Positions 21,590 to 32,319 of a stretch of DNA of 64,000 nt are shown in pieces. Within the stretch, counting starts at the first letter, position 1; each line of letters starts with the position of its first letter. Position numbers and translations under genes: made by a program. The notes under the pieces were generated by a model. The model ran no database searches, was not told where the DNA came from, and worked only from the letters and a program-made list of their open reading frames with translations. This DNA comes from an uncultured Chloroflexia bacterium (GTDB lineage: Bacteria > Chloroflexota > UBA6077 > JACCZL01), in assembly GCA_963765765.1 (NCBI GenBank), contig CAVXYC010000015.1:512001-576000 (forward strand), written 5' to 3'.

Positions 21590-22305
21590 AGGCAGAGAAT
21601 TCTAAACTCGTCTAAGAAGGGGAGCCAGATATCAGATCGGGCCGTTGGGAGTCGCTCCCGGGGCTATTTTCTTGCTCTCGCTGCACGCCTGAACGTTCTT
21701 TTCCAGATCAAATCGAACGGTTGACGAAAGCTCGGCGTCAACAATCCCGTCCTTCCAGGCGCAGTTCGAAAGTACAATAGTTGAGCAGCTTGCGTTTTTC
21801 GGTTGATGGCTGCTGGGCATAGAGCGCCTGTGCTCGGTTGACTAGCGAGAGTAGCTCCACTCCGGTGGTGAAGTACTTCCCGTTCGCGTGCTGGTGACTC
21901 TCCAATGCACGCGTAACACGAGCCTGTTCCGAACGCCACTCGACGCTCAGTCGTTCGAACGTCTCGAAGTCAATCCGGCCATCGAGCTTGTCGACATACA
22001 TGGCGTCCAGCCGTCGCTGGAGTCCCGCGTGTTCCTCCTGAAGATGTCGAATCGCAGCGTCGTGAAAGCGCCGCTCATCCTCGTGACTCGAACGCAGCGC
22101 ATCCTGCAGCCAGCCGAGGATCTCGGAATCGATCCGTAGTTCGCCGAGGATCTCACTGAAACACTCATCCAGAACTTCCTCGCCGTACGTACGGTTCGCT
22201 GCACTTCCCGCGAAAGCCGGTGAGTGGTAGTAGACATAGCGTTCCCTTTTGATCTGGGCGCTGAGCGAGCAGCCGCAATGTCCGCACACCAGGGGGCCAC
22301 GGGGT
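21590..22305 (-). pseudogene. Large serine recombinase remnant (zinc ribbon, coiled coil and C-terminus)
   Basis: CGHCGCSL..RYVYYH, RRLDAMYVDKLDGRID, EKRKLLN..LSNCAWKDG..FRQPFD, ending DIWLPFLDEFR across the att repeat; no catalytic N-terminus. Confidence 0.85.
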
Positions 22306-22591
22306 CGCTACGCGCGCGTCGGTGACCTGTCTCCGTCAATTGAGTGGGAGGGATTCTACCGCGGGGCCGGGATCTGTCAAGCCCGCGGAACAGGATTGAC
22401 GCAAGAGGCGTTCGGATGGCGCAACGGATTCTCGTTAGGTGAGCGGCCGAGCACATTAATGCCATTCAGCACGACCCCGATCGCCATCCGCAGCGCGTCC
22501 CATCGCGCGTCCAAATCGCCGTCGCCCGTCACGGACACCCGGTCCCCGCACCGACCCGCCTAAAAAGATCGGCGAGGCGACTGCGCGGAGC

Positions 22592-23484
22592 TTAGCCCAG
22601 ACGGGCTATCCAGCCCTCGACCTCGTCCCGATCGGGCGCATCGGGCGCCAGCGCCAGGTAGGCTCGGAAGTCTTCCGCCGCGTTGGCATTCCGATCGGCG
22701 GCGACGAAGACCCGCCCCCTGGCCAGGTAGGCTTGCGCGGTCCAACGATCGGGAACCGAGCCATCCGCGATCACTAGGCTCAAGTCGTCGTGCGCCAGCT
22801 GAAGCTGCTTCAGCCAGAGGTAGGCTACGCCCCGGCCAACTCTTGACGGACGATCTTGCGGCATCAGCGCCAGGGCCCGAGAATAGTCCGCGGCGGCCTG
22901 CTCGTATCTGCTCCTGCCGAATCAGGGTATCGGCCCGCCAGTAGTAGAAGTTTCCAGTGTCCGGTAACACCTGGATGGCCCGGGAGAGCAGCTCGAGCGC
23001 TCTGTCGTATCGGCCCTCGTCACGCTCCTTCATCGCCGACTCGAAGGCCGAACGGGCATACCATGTAGCCAGCGGCACCGGCGTGGTCCCGGCCCAGGTC
23101 AGCAGACGCTGGTCCTCGGTGAAGAGGCCGATTGCCAGGCGCACCGTGCGGACGCCCGGCCGCGGAATATAGTCGATCTCCATATCGAGCTGGCCGGGGC
23201 CGGCGCTGACCGGATACTTCTCGCTGTTGTTCTGCTCCGCTGTTTGTTGCCTCGTTCTCGAAATAGAAGAGAAGTAGATAGCCGCGCTGGGCGCTCTCGA
23301 GCTGATAGTCCAGGGCGGCTTTGAAACGGATGGGGCCGGGCGTCCCGGGCTCGACCTGGCCCGGCAAGACGCTCACCACCTCCAGGCGGTCTCCCGCGGC
23401 TTCCAATGGCGCGGCCATGGCGGTATCCGAGATACCGCCGAGCAGGACGGCTGCCAGGGCGCATGTGATAAAGGCCCGCAGCAT
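22592..23484 (-). CDS. Secreted TPR protein (frameshifted)
   Basis: Signal MLRAFITCALAAVLLGG..AMA, beta-rich domain, TPRs (YDRALELLSRAIQVLP, AYLARGRVF..AAEDFRAYLALAP). Confidence 0.75.
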
Positions 23485-26400
23485 CAGGTGATGAAGGCGC
23501 GCAGCATGATGAACAGCACAAAGCGCATCATCGCGAGGGTGCGGAGCGCGAGCATGGCGAACCACAACCGGTTCCGCCAGCCAACCGCGGCCATCAGTAT
23601 GGAGCCGAGTCCAATTGCTGCCGCTTCGGGGACGCCGACAACGCGCCGGATTGCCGACAAGTCGACATCGATTGGCAAGCGGGACTTCAGTACCAGGGCG
23701 GGCATGGGCAGGCTGGCCGGGCTTGGCGCGTGTGCCGCGAGATCGATATTGAAGGACGTGCCGGAGGCATTCGAGTACCTGCCCGGAAGAGAGCCCGCCA
23801 CCGCTCGGGGACCAAAAGCGCTCCCGACGGCAGGCCAGCGTGCGGCAGGGCCCTCAGTGCCAGCCGCGGTTAGGCCATGCTGCGCCGGGTATTGCACCAT
23901 CGAGCCCGCCTCCCTGGAGCCCTCAATAGAGGCGGGTCCAGAAGTGGGTCCCGCGGAAACCGAGCTGCTGCCGCGTGGAGCGTAAGTGCCCGGCATCGGC
24001 GGGAGACCCTGGTCCGGCCAGTGCGGTCCGATATCCAGGGTGATGATGGAGCCATCGATGGGTCGTGTGGCGACCTGGGCCGGCGCTGTGGCCGCGAGCG
24101 GGTCAACCCAGCCGACTGCGGGCTCCACGGCCACGCCGTCGATGCGTGCCCCAACGACCATCGCGTAGGCGGGGACGAGAGTGGGGATACGTGTACGTGT
24201 AGTACGTCTCGGCGAAGACGTCGTCAAGGAGGTACGCTTCAGGCAAGGGCACGTAGACGCCTGCATCAGCCGTGACGACGGTTCCAGTGGTGACCCCGGC
24301 CTCGTCCTGGCTCCCCCCCGTCCGCGGTCCACTGGTGGTCTCGGTGCCGGAATTGCTTCCGTTACCGACGGTCGTTCCGGTGCCGGGATCGCCGCTCGTG
24401 CCGGTACCGCCGGTTGTTCCGGTGCCGGGGTCGCTACCCGTACCGTTTCCGCCAGTTCCACCTCCGGTCCCACCCTCGCCCTCGGTTGGAGGGGGCGAGA
24501 TGTGGATCCGGCCAACGAAGGCATCGCCGCTGAGCGCGACCGACTCGCCATAGACCTGGACGACCTGGACGACATCGTTGCTGGCCGTCTTCGCGGTAGT
24601 GGCATCGTTCGTCGTGACCTGTGTGGACTCGCTGTTGGCGTCAATCACGCCCAGACCGCCGCTGACCGCTACGACCTGGTTACTGACAATCGTCACGTTG
24701 TCCTCGAAGCCGGTGGCGATGGCGCTCCCGACCTGCGCGTAGGTGGAGAGCCCGTAGTCCATGGGCTTGCCGGTGACCTTGTTCGTGCTGGGGTTGCTTG
24801 TCCCGAGACCGGTGACCTTGTTCGTGCTGGGGGCGGTTGCCGCGAGACCCGTGACCAGCGTGTCACTGGTCTGGAACGTCCCGGTCGCGGTCGAGACACC
24901 GCTCTGTGTGAGTTGACGGCCCTTATCAGTTCCGCCGACCGCCTGGACATCGCCGGTCTGAGCTTTGGCCTGGCCAAGGTTCTTGATATAGGTGATGAGG
25001 TCCACCACGACGCTGATGTCGGCGTAGTTTGTGCCCGATATATCGATGTCAACCAGGGCCGAAAGGTCCACGTCATTCGTAACGTGGAGGCCGGTCGCAT
25101 CGGCCGAGCCGCTGGTCGCGGACGAGAGGCTGCCCGACTGGGTGCTCAAAGCAGACTGGGTCGAGTGACCTTTCTGCCCCGTGGCCGCGGTGCTCGAGCT
25201 GCCGGTCGTTGTCAGGCTGCTCCCCCAGTTCACCAGGTCCACAATCGACTGCAGTGTGACGTCGATCGGCGAGTAGTTGTCGCCGTCCACCGAGACTGAT
25301 GCGGACGAGCTGAGATCGACCTGATTGGTCAGGTCAGCACCCGTGGTGGCGGCACTCCCACTCGTACTCGCGACGCTGTCTCCGCTGGACTTGCCCCCGC
25401 CGAGGGTCTTCAGCGCGGTGGCCATGCCGGACTGAGCCAGCGCATAGCCACGGTTGAGGATCTCGGTGATGGAGTTGTAAATCACTGTGATGTCGCCGAA
25501 GTTGTCCCCGCCGATGGTGATGCCAATGGTCGCATCGGTCGAGACGACGTTGAGCGCATTCACGCCTTCGGCTGTCGCGTCGCCGCTCGAGGCGCTGGTG
25601 AGGCTGCCGGATTGATTGCCGCCCGTGCCGTCTACCGATAGCGCGGACCCGGTGGTGACGCACGTGGTGCCGGCGCACGTGCCGGCGGTGTCGGCGCTCG
25701 CAGTGCCGCCGTTCATCTCCGATACCGTCTGGATCTGGCTGATGGACACCGGGTCGGATGAGCCACCGGGCAAGGCTTCGGTCGCCGAGAGGCTGTCCAC
25801 GACCGTCGTCTGCGTTGCTACACCGGTCTCGGCCATATCGGCGCTTGACGGGTCCGCCGTGGTCGTGCCCACGGTCGTCGGGTCGAGAGCCCAGCCGCCT
25901 GTTGTGGTAGTGAGCGAGGAGCCGGTTGCCGCTTCCGCGCCGGCTTCGTCGGTGATGTCCACGGTCTGTGACGACTGCACGTCAATCGTGCCGTGGTTCG
26001 TTCCTGCCACGTCGACCGAGATGGCCGCCGTGTTGGTGATGAGGTTGGTCGCCTTCACCCCTGTCGCCGTTGCGTCGCCCGTTGAAGAAATAACCTTCTG
26101 GGGTGATCGCGAGAGTTGCCTGTTGTTCGTCGTGCCGGTCAGGCTTGAGCCGGACACGGCGATCGCGGCGCCGGCATCGGCAATGACCGTGGTGCGACTG
26201 TTCTCGGCCGTGCTCTCAAGCGTGGCTTCCGCGACGTCCACCGATGACACCTGCGTATTGACGACGGTTGTGTCCACCTGGCCAGCCACCGCGCTGGCGT
26301 CGCCGCTGCTGGAGCCGATGACCGAGCCGGCGCTGTTCGCCGTAACAAGTGGATCCGTGGTGGTTGGGGAAGCCACAGCGCCAGTGACCTCGCCCCTGGG

Positions 26401-27165
26401 CAGAGTTCCGGCGGCGGGCTGGCTGGCCAGGTCCACGGCGACGCTGGACGAGGTCACCGGAGTCGGCTCCGTGGTGACCGCCGTCGGCGACGCGATAGTG
26501 GGCGCCGCAGCTGATGTGGTTGCCGTTAAGGATGTGGTTGCCGTTAAGGATGTGGTTGGCGTGGACGACGTTGTCGGCGCAGAAGACGTTGCGGGCTTGG
26601 AGCTCGACGAGGTGCTCGAGCTGGACTTACTCGAGCTCGTGGGGGCGGGAGACGACTTCGACGACGTGCTCGTCGACGTTGTGCCGGACTTCGTATCGGT
26701 GGTACCCGATGTCGAGGTATTCGTCGAGGTTGTGCCGGACTTGGTGCCGGTGGTACTCGAGGTATTCGTCGACGTGGAGCCGGACTTGGTGTCAGTCGTG
26801 CCCGAGGTATTCGTCGAGGTCGTGCCGGACTTGGTGCTGGTGGTGGTACCCGAGGTGTTCGTCGAGGTCGTGCCGGACTTGGTGCTGGTGGTACCCGAGG
26901 TGTTCGTCGACGTACTGCCGGACTTCGTATTGCTGGTGCTAGACGAAGACGTGGACTTGTCGCTGGTTGTCGGGGACGACGTCTTCGTGGTGGGCGTCTT
27001 GCTCTTTTCCGCGAACGAGGTCGGCGCGGAAACTGGAAGAAGTGAAAAACTCAGGGCTATCGAGAGAGCCAACAGGAAATGCGCCGCGCGACTGAAGCGC
27101 TGAGCCCGTCCCTTGGTGCCGGCACGCCAGATATTGCTCAAAACGATCCTGCCCTTTCCAAGCAT
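23484..27165 (-). CDS. ~1230-aa secreted Ser/Thr/Gly-rich repeat protein with C-terminal membrane anchor (frameshift near 24185)
   Basis: Signal peptide ending TSFA, TKSGTTSTNTS repeats, imperfect SGDA.A.G....N.V repeats, GT-rich linker, tail VPEAAAIGLGSILMAAVGWRNR; start uncertain. Confidence 0.75.
26660..26940 (-). repeat. Coding tandem repeats (TKSG[T/S]TSTNTS[G/S]T), about 6 copies
   Basis: Recurring ccggactt(g/c)gt...cgaggt(a/g)ttcgtcga units of roughly 40-50 bp. Confidence 0.8.
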
Positions 27166-27286
27166 TTGCTGCCCCGGTTCCCGACGCACGAAGCGTTAGC
27201 CCGCTCCAGAACAGGGCCTTCCACGCTCGCGCGGCGGCTGACATCGGCGATCGGGGTACGGAATATTCCGGATTCGCACATTCCGC

Positions 27287-27814
27287 TCATCGGCTTCCTG
27301 CCAGGTTCACGCGAGTCTGACCGTTTTCGGAGACGATCTGTACCGAGATGCGTGCACCTGAGCTGGTCGAGATCGTCTGGTTAGTCGTCTGTCGGCCCGA
27401 CATTACGGAGCCTTGAGCGAGCGTGATCGTGAGGTCGGCACAGCCGTCCATCCCGGCCCGGAGTGTGGTCCCGTAGCTACGTCCGGCGATAAGCTGCGCG
27501 ATCGTTTGTTCGGTTTGTGGATCCGGTGTACCGCACAGACGAAACGTCGCCTCGTTACTGATCGGCCCGGCGGGTGGAGAGTCTAACTGCCCGCTCTCCG
27601 CTGGATCCTGCACTACCGCGTGGCACGGGCCGTCTCCTTCAATCTGCCTGGTGTCCGGACCATGGCTTGACATGATCAGCTCGCTCCTTTCGGAGCTCGC
27701 CGGATACTGAACCGATGGGACAGTTTCAGCCCCATCAGTTGGCAATGCTGGCCAGAGTGCGATTGATGCGAGAGCGAAACCCCAGGCAATTCTCTTACTC
27801 CTGATAATGTGCAC
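27287..27814 (-). CDS. Small exported hypothetical protein (3 Cys)
   Basis: KRIAWGFALASIALWPALP signal-like segment, PCH/RLCG/DGCAD, beta-rich C-terminus; start uncertain. Confidence 0.6.
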   Translation of the reverse strand: MHIIRSKRIAWGFALASIALWPALPTDGAETVPSVQYPASSERSELIMSSHGPDTRQIEGDGPCHAVVQDPAESGQLDSPPAGPISNEATFRLCGTPDPQTEQTIAQLIAGRSYGTTLRAGMDGCADLTITLAQGSVMSGRQTTNQTISTSSGARISVQIVSENGQTRVNLAGSR

Positions 27815-27855
27815 TGCCGGCTCTTGTGTGCATTGTCGGAAAACCACGGACGACT

Positions 27856-27914
27856 TAAAAACGTGGATGGGCTGACCGGCCGCCGACCTGCGGCGGCCGG
27901 TGCAGCCCATCCAC
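27856..27914 (-). terminator. Strong intrinsic terminator after the tandem-domain gene
   Basis: gtggatgggctg-accggccgccg / cggcggccggt-g-cagcccatccac, ~23-bp stem followed by gtttttaa on the minus strand. Confidence 0.8.
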
Positions 27915-27970
27915 CTGTGTGACTAAATCGAGCGAAGCTCAGCAGCTACGCGTACTCCTTTCGGTCTCGG

Positions 27971-30465
27971 CTATCGCTGCTGAAGCCGTGGGTCATTGCG
28001 CTGCTGTATGTGCACCCGGACCTGCGACCGCACATCGCCGCTGTTGATGACATCCCCGGAGAACGCGCCCGATTCCCCGTAGACCGAAGTCAACAGGGTG
28101 AACTCGTTGACCGCGGTGCCACCGGTCTGCGACTGGTCGATACCGTTCTCGCCGGTATTCGCACCCGTGGCGAGGTGACCCAGGATCGTCGGAGCGACAA
28201 CCCCGCCATTGAGGACAGCGTTGCTGGAGTTCCCGATATCCCCGCCCGTGGTGACCGGGGCATCGGCGATGATGGTCGTATCGGCGTTTCCGCTGCCTCC
28301 GCCATCTTCGCGTCCATCACCGATCGTCACAGGAGCATTCACCGTGAGCGGGGCACCGGCGCCACCGGTGGCCGTGCCGCCATCGGCGCTCGACGCTATG
28401 GGCCCAGCGGCAACCGAGCCGTTAGTGCTGTTGGCGGTGATGTTGCCGCTATTGCAGCTGCCACTGGTGGCACCGGCGGTGGCGTCGTCGAACGCGACCG
28501 CGAGCGCCGTACTTGGGGCGAGGGCACAGTTCAGATTGCCGGCCAAGGTCGTCGTCGTGTTGGCGCTGATAACCGTAGAGCTGACCGGGGCAAAACCGAT
28601 ATTAGAGCTACTTGCGTCGCCACCGGTGGCACCGGCCGCGAGGACGGTGCTGGAGGCGTTTCCACTGCCATTTCCGCCAAACGTCAACGCGGTCACGTCC
28701 GCGCTGGTGAACGCGTTCGCGTTCAGGCTGCCGCCCTGGGACAGAGCATCAACGGAGGCGATCGCCGTCATGCTCTGGTCGCCCGTGACGTTGCCGCTCC
28801 CGCCGGTCACGATCGCCGCCAGCGGGCTCCCGCTGGTGCCCGCGTTCGCGATCTGCGGAGCAGTCGTGTTTATCGTCGCGGCCACGCCGGTGGATGCGGT
28901 AGTGCCGGGGAGCAGCCCGATGAACGGATTGCCGGCGTTATCCACGATGGCGGTGTTGACACAGCAATTGGCCTGCGTGCCGATGTTGGTGCCATCGGTG
29001 TGCCCGCCCTGCGTGTTCTGCTGGAGACGAGGATCATTCCGCTGCTGCGTATGCACATTAACCTGCGTGCGCACGTCGCCGGAATTCACAACGTTACCCG
29101 AGGTCGCCACCGAGAAACCGGTCGCCTCGACAGCGCCGATCCACGAGTTGACCGCCGTTCCACCAACCTGTGACTGGTTGATGGTATTGCTGCCGGTGTT
29201 ATCGCCGGTGGCAGTGTGACCGGTAATGCGTGGGGAACAGCACTCCGGCGTTGAAGACATCGTTGCTCGAGTTCCCGATGTTGCTGCCGGTAGTTACCGG
29301 CGCCGAGGCCGAGATACTCGTGCTGGCGTTGCCGCTGTCTCCGATATTCGAGACAGGGGCGGTCACCGTGAGGGCAGCGGCATTACCGCCTGTAGCATTG
29401 CCGCCGTCTGCCGAAGTCGTAATTGCGCTGGGTCCGACATTCCCGGTCGTGTTCGTGCTGGACACAGCACCGGAGGTGCAGCCGCCGCTGGTGGCGGTCG
29501 CGCCAGCGTCATCGACGGCAGCCGCGATAGCGGTGCTCGAGGAGCCGAGGCAATTGCCGTTGCCGACGATCTGGGTGTTGAAGTTCGCGCTGCCTACCAG
29601 CGATGTAACACCTGCGATACCGAGGTTAGAACTGGTTGCGTCGCCGCCATCGGCGCCAAGTGCGCCAATGAGGCTGGTCGCGTTCCCGCTGTCGCTCCCA
29701 CCCAGCGTGACCGCCGTCTGATCGGCGCTGGTAGAGGCGTTCGCGTTCCCGGTCCCGCCGGTGGAGATTGCGCTCACCGGGGCCGACGCCAGCCATGGTC
29801 TGGGCGCCATTGATCACGCCGCTGTCGCCAGTGGTAATGAGCGCCGTGCCGCTGCCACTGGTACTGGCATTAGCCGTCTGAGGGCTCGTCGTGTTGATCG
29901 TCAGTGCCACACCCGTGGACAGCGTATCGCCGCCGGTAACGGCGATCCCGGGGTTGCCGATATTGCCAACCAGCGCCGTGTTCGTGCAGCAGGATTCCTG
30001 GCTGCCAATGTTCAACGACGTACTGTTCGGCTTCGGGGCCGGATTAGACGAGGTCGAGACCTCCTGCGTGGTCTGCTTCAAGGTCGGGGCTGTAGAGATC
30101 GTCGGTGCGCTGATGGTCGTGGTCGCCGGCTGCGTCGTGGTCGGCGCGCTTATTGTCGGCGCACTAAGTGTCGTACTCGTCTGCTTGGTTGGTGAGGTTG
30201 ATGTCGTACTCGTCTGCTTGGTTGGCGAGGTTGATGTTGATACAGTCGGCGAGTTCGAGGCCGTTGATATGGTCGGCGAGCTCGATGTCGTGGTCGTCTG
30301 CTTGGTAGGGGATGTTGACGTCGATGTGGTCGTCTGCTTGGTAGTTGGCTTATTGGGCGCACCGATGACGGTGATTGGCAACAGGAGGGACAGGACGAGC
30401 CCGCCACCCACTAGACCAACCACAGTCCGGCGCACGAGCTGGCCCGTATCCAGTGGCATTGACAT
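27971..30465 (-). CDS. ~830-aa secreted protein with two tandem ~335-aa Gly/Asn/Thr/Ser-rich Cys-Cys domains (2 frameshifts)
   Basis: GGAGG RBS, signal peptide, PTKQT repeats; each unit starts NIG(S/T)Q..CC.NTA and ends NSGDVR.QV.VH.QQRNDPRLQQ. Confidence 0.8.
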
Positions 30466-30560
30466 CAAAACCTCCAGCGAATTTCTCGGATCAGAGTGAC
30501 CGAGGCAGAACAACGTGCCCATGATCGCTCATCCGAATGCGGAATGCAATCCCCCATTAG

Positions 30561-30581
30561 GATGTATTAAAGACGTATTAA
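30561..30581. promoter_or_regulatory. Direct repeat with 11-bp period upstream of the tandem-domain gene
   Basis: gatgtattaa-a-gacgtattaa. Confidence 0.45.
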
Positions 30582-30822
30582 TCGTCACCTCTCACCGCCG
30601 GGTTCGGTCTCCTGCAATCCGCTACCAGGCGGCTCGGATTCAGCGTGGCGGCCCACTTCCGTACGCGCTTGCTTGGTGGGAGGTCAGGGACGGTCGCGCT
30701 AAATCGCCCACAGACCAGGTCTCGAACTCTGGTACGGAGCGCGCGATCTTGGCCACAGTAAACGGGCACCATGAGAGACGGTCATACTTACCCTTCCGCG
30801 GCCGCCACGTTACTGGACCTTC

Positions 30823-30866
30823 GTTAAAGTCGGGTTGAGAAATGGTTAAGAACGGGTTCAGAACGT
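30823..30866. promoter_or_regulatory. Four direct repeats with 11-bp period (OmpR/PhoB-type operator-like)
   Basis: gttaaagtcgg gttgagaaatg gttaagaacgg gttcagaacgt at 30823, 30834, 30845 and 30856; TATACT at 30971. Confidence 0.6.
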
Positions 30867-30992
30867 GCCGCCTCAAGCAGACAGATTTGCCAGTGTGCGC
30901 CGCGACGCGCCCGGACCCGTACGCCAGCATCTGGCTGAGCGCGCCATGCGAGGTGACCGGTCGCGCAGGCTATACTGCACGGCGAGTCAAGC

Positions 30993-32286
30993 ATGAGCCA
31001 GACGGGGCGGCCGGGCGATCGGTCCATGGAAACCGGAGAGCGACAAGCCGATATCGCGGGACCGGGAGGGCTGGCCGACGACATGGGTCTGCCCGCTTCG
31101 GACCGTGACGGTCACCTGGTGGAGCTGTCCGTAAGCTGGGCGGTGCCCAACGGCGCAGAAGGCGATCACGGCAAATCGGATGACGCACGTCTCGCTGAGC
31201 ACGTCGCCTGCTATGCGTTGGGGCTCTCGCACGAGCTGACCCGGGCGGGGCACCCGCCTGTACGCCTCAACGTTCGCCTTCTGTCGTCGCCGGCCCAGGG
31301 TGGCAGCGGTGCTGAGCGGAGCGCGATTGATCTCGAGGTCTGCGCCGAGCTGCCCAAGCTCGACCAGCGTAGCTTCAGTGCGCTGGCAGCCTCCGACGAA
31401 CTGGGCTGCCCCACCTGGAAGGCACTTACCGGTGCCCTTGATCTCCGCCCGCGGGCCATGCTCTTGACCGGGCCGTCAGCCGAGTCGACGAGTCCCGATT
31501 CCTCCACCCTGCCGGCAGCTTCGTCCTCTACATGGACCAACCTCGCAACCACCGCACCGGAGACGCGGCAGCCTCCGAGCGCTCCAACATCGGCCGACGC
31601 GGCACAGGTCGAAACAGCAGCGTTCTCGGCTTCAGCCTCGTCTCCGGCTTTTCAGACACACCTCGCCAGTGGGCAGAACACCGTCCTCGCACCGGACGGG
31701 CGGTGTTATGGGAGCTCATCCAGGCCGCTCTGCTGTCGCTGGTTGTATTTCTCGCCGTCCAATCGGTCATTCAGAACTTCCGGGTCGAGGGCCCTAGCAT
31801 GGAGCCCAGCTTCGAGCCCGACCAGAGTCTCCTGGTCCTTAAGGCGGCCTACTTCCATATCGATGGAACGCCACTCCAGGGACGACTGCCGACGACGCCA
31901 CAGGGCTCGATCGACTACATCTTCGGCGGCCCCCAGCGGGGTGATTCGGCGGTGTTCCATGCGCCCACCGTACGCAACACGGACTACGTGAAGCGGATTA
32001 TCGGGTTACCGGGCGACCAGATCGTGATCAGTAACGGCATGGTGTTTGTGAACGGCGAGCGCCTGGAACGAGCCATACGTCGAGTTCCCGCTACCCAGGA
32101 ATTACAGCTACCCTGAGAATGGCCAGCCGATCATCATTCCCGGACGGATACTACTTCGTTCTCGGTGACAATCGCCCTAACAGCTTCGACTCCCGGCAGG
32201 GCTGGCTGGTGCCGGTTGAGAATCTGGTGGGCAGGGTTTGGCTGTCCTACTGGCCGCCGTCCCGGTGGGGCGTCGTCGGCTCCTAG
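30993..32286 (+). CDS. lepB: Signal peptidase I with probable N-terminal OsmC-like domain (frameshifts near 31670, 32070 and 32145)
   Basis: OsmC motifs HVACYALGLSHEL..GHPP and GCPTWKAL; S/A/P/T linker; TM; VEGPSMEP, DYVKRIIGLPGD, FVLGDNRPNSFDSR, YWPP. Confidence 0.75.
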
Positions 32287-32319
32287 TAGCCGTGGCATGC
32301 GCGAACTCGCGCTAGATTG

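Larger units (their letters stand above)
13852..21634. mobile_element. tRNA-Asn-integrated genomic island bounded by att-like direct repeats
   Basis: ggggagccaaatatca (13852-13867) vs ggggagccagatatca (21619-21634), each followed shortly by gccgtt; pseudogenes inside; recombinase remnant adjacent. Confidence 0.75.

Noticed and set aside
26513-26940. Possible CRISPR array
   Set aside because: The repeats are in-frame coding units with no unique spacers, and there are no cas genes.
25616-30499. Long plus-strand Val-rich ORFs (e.g. 25616-27103, 28209-29219)
   Set aside because: Antisense shadows of the Thr/Ser-rich minus-strand genes.
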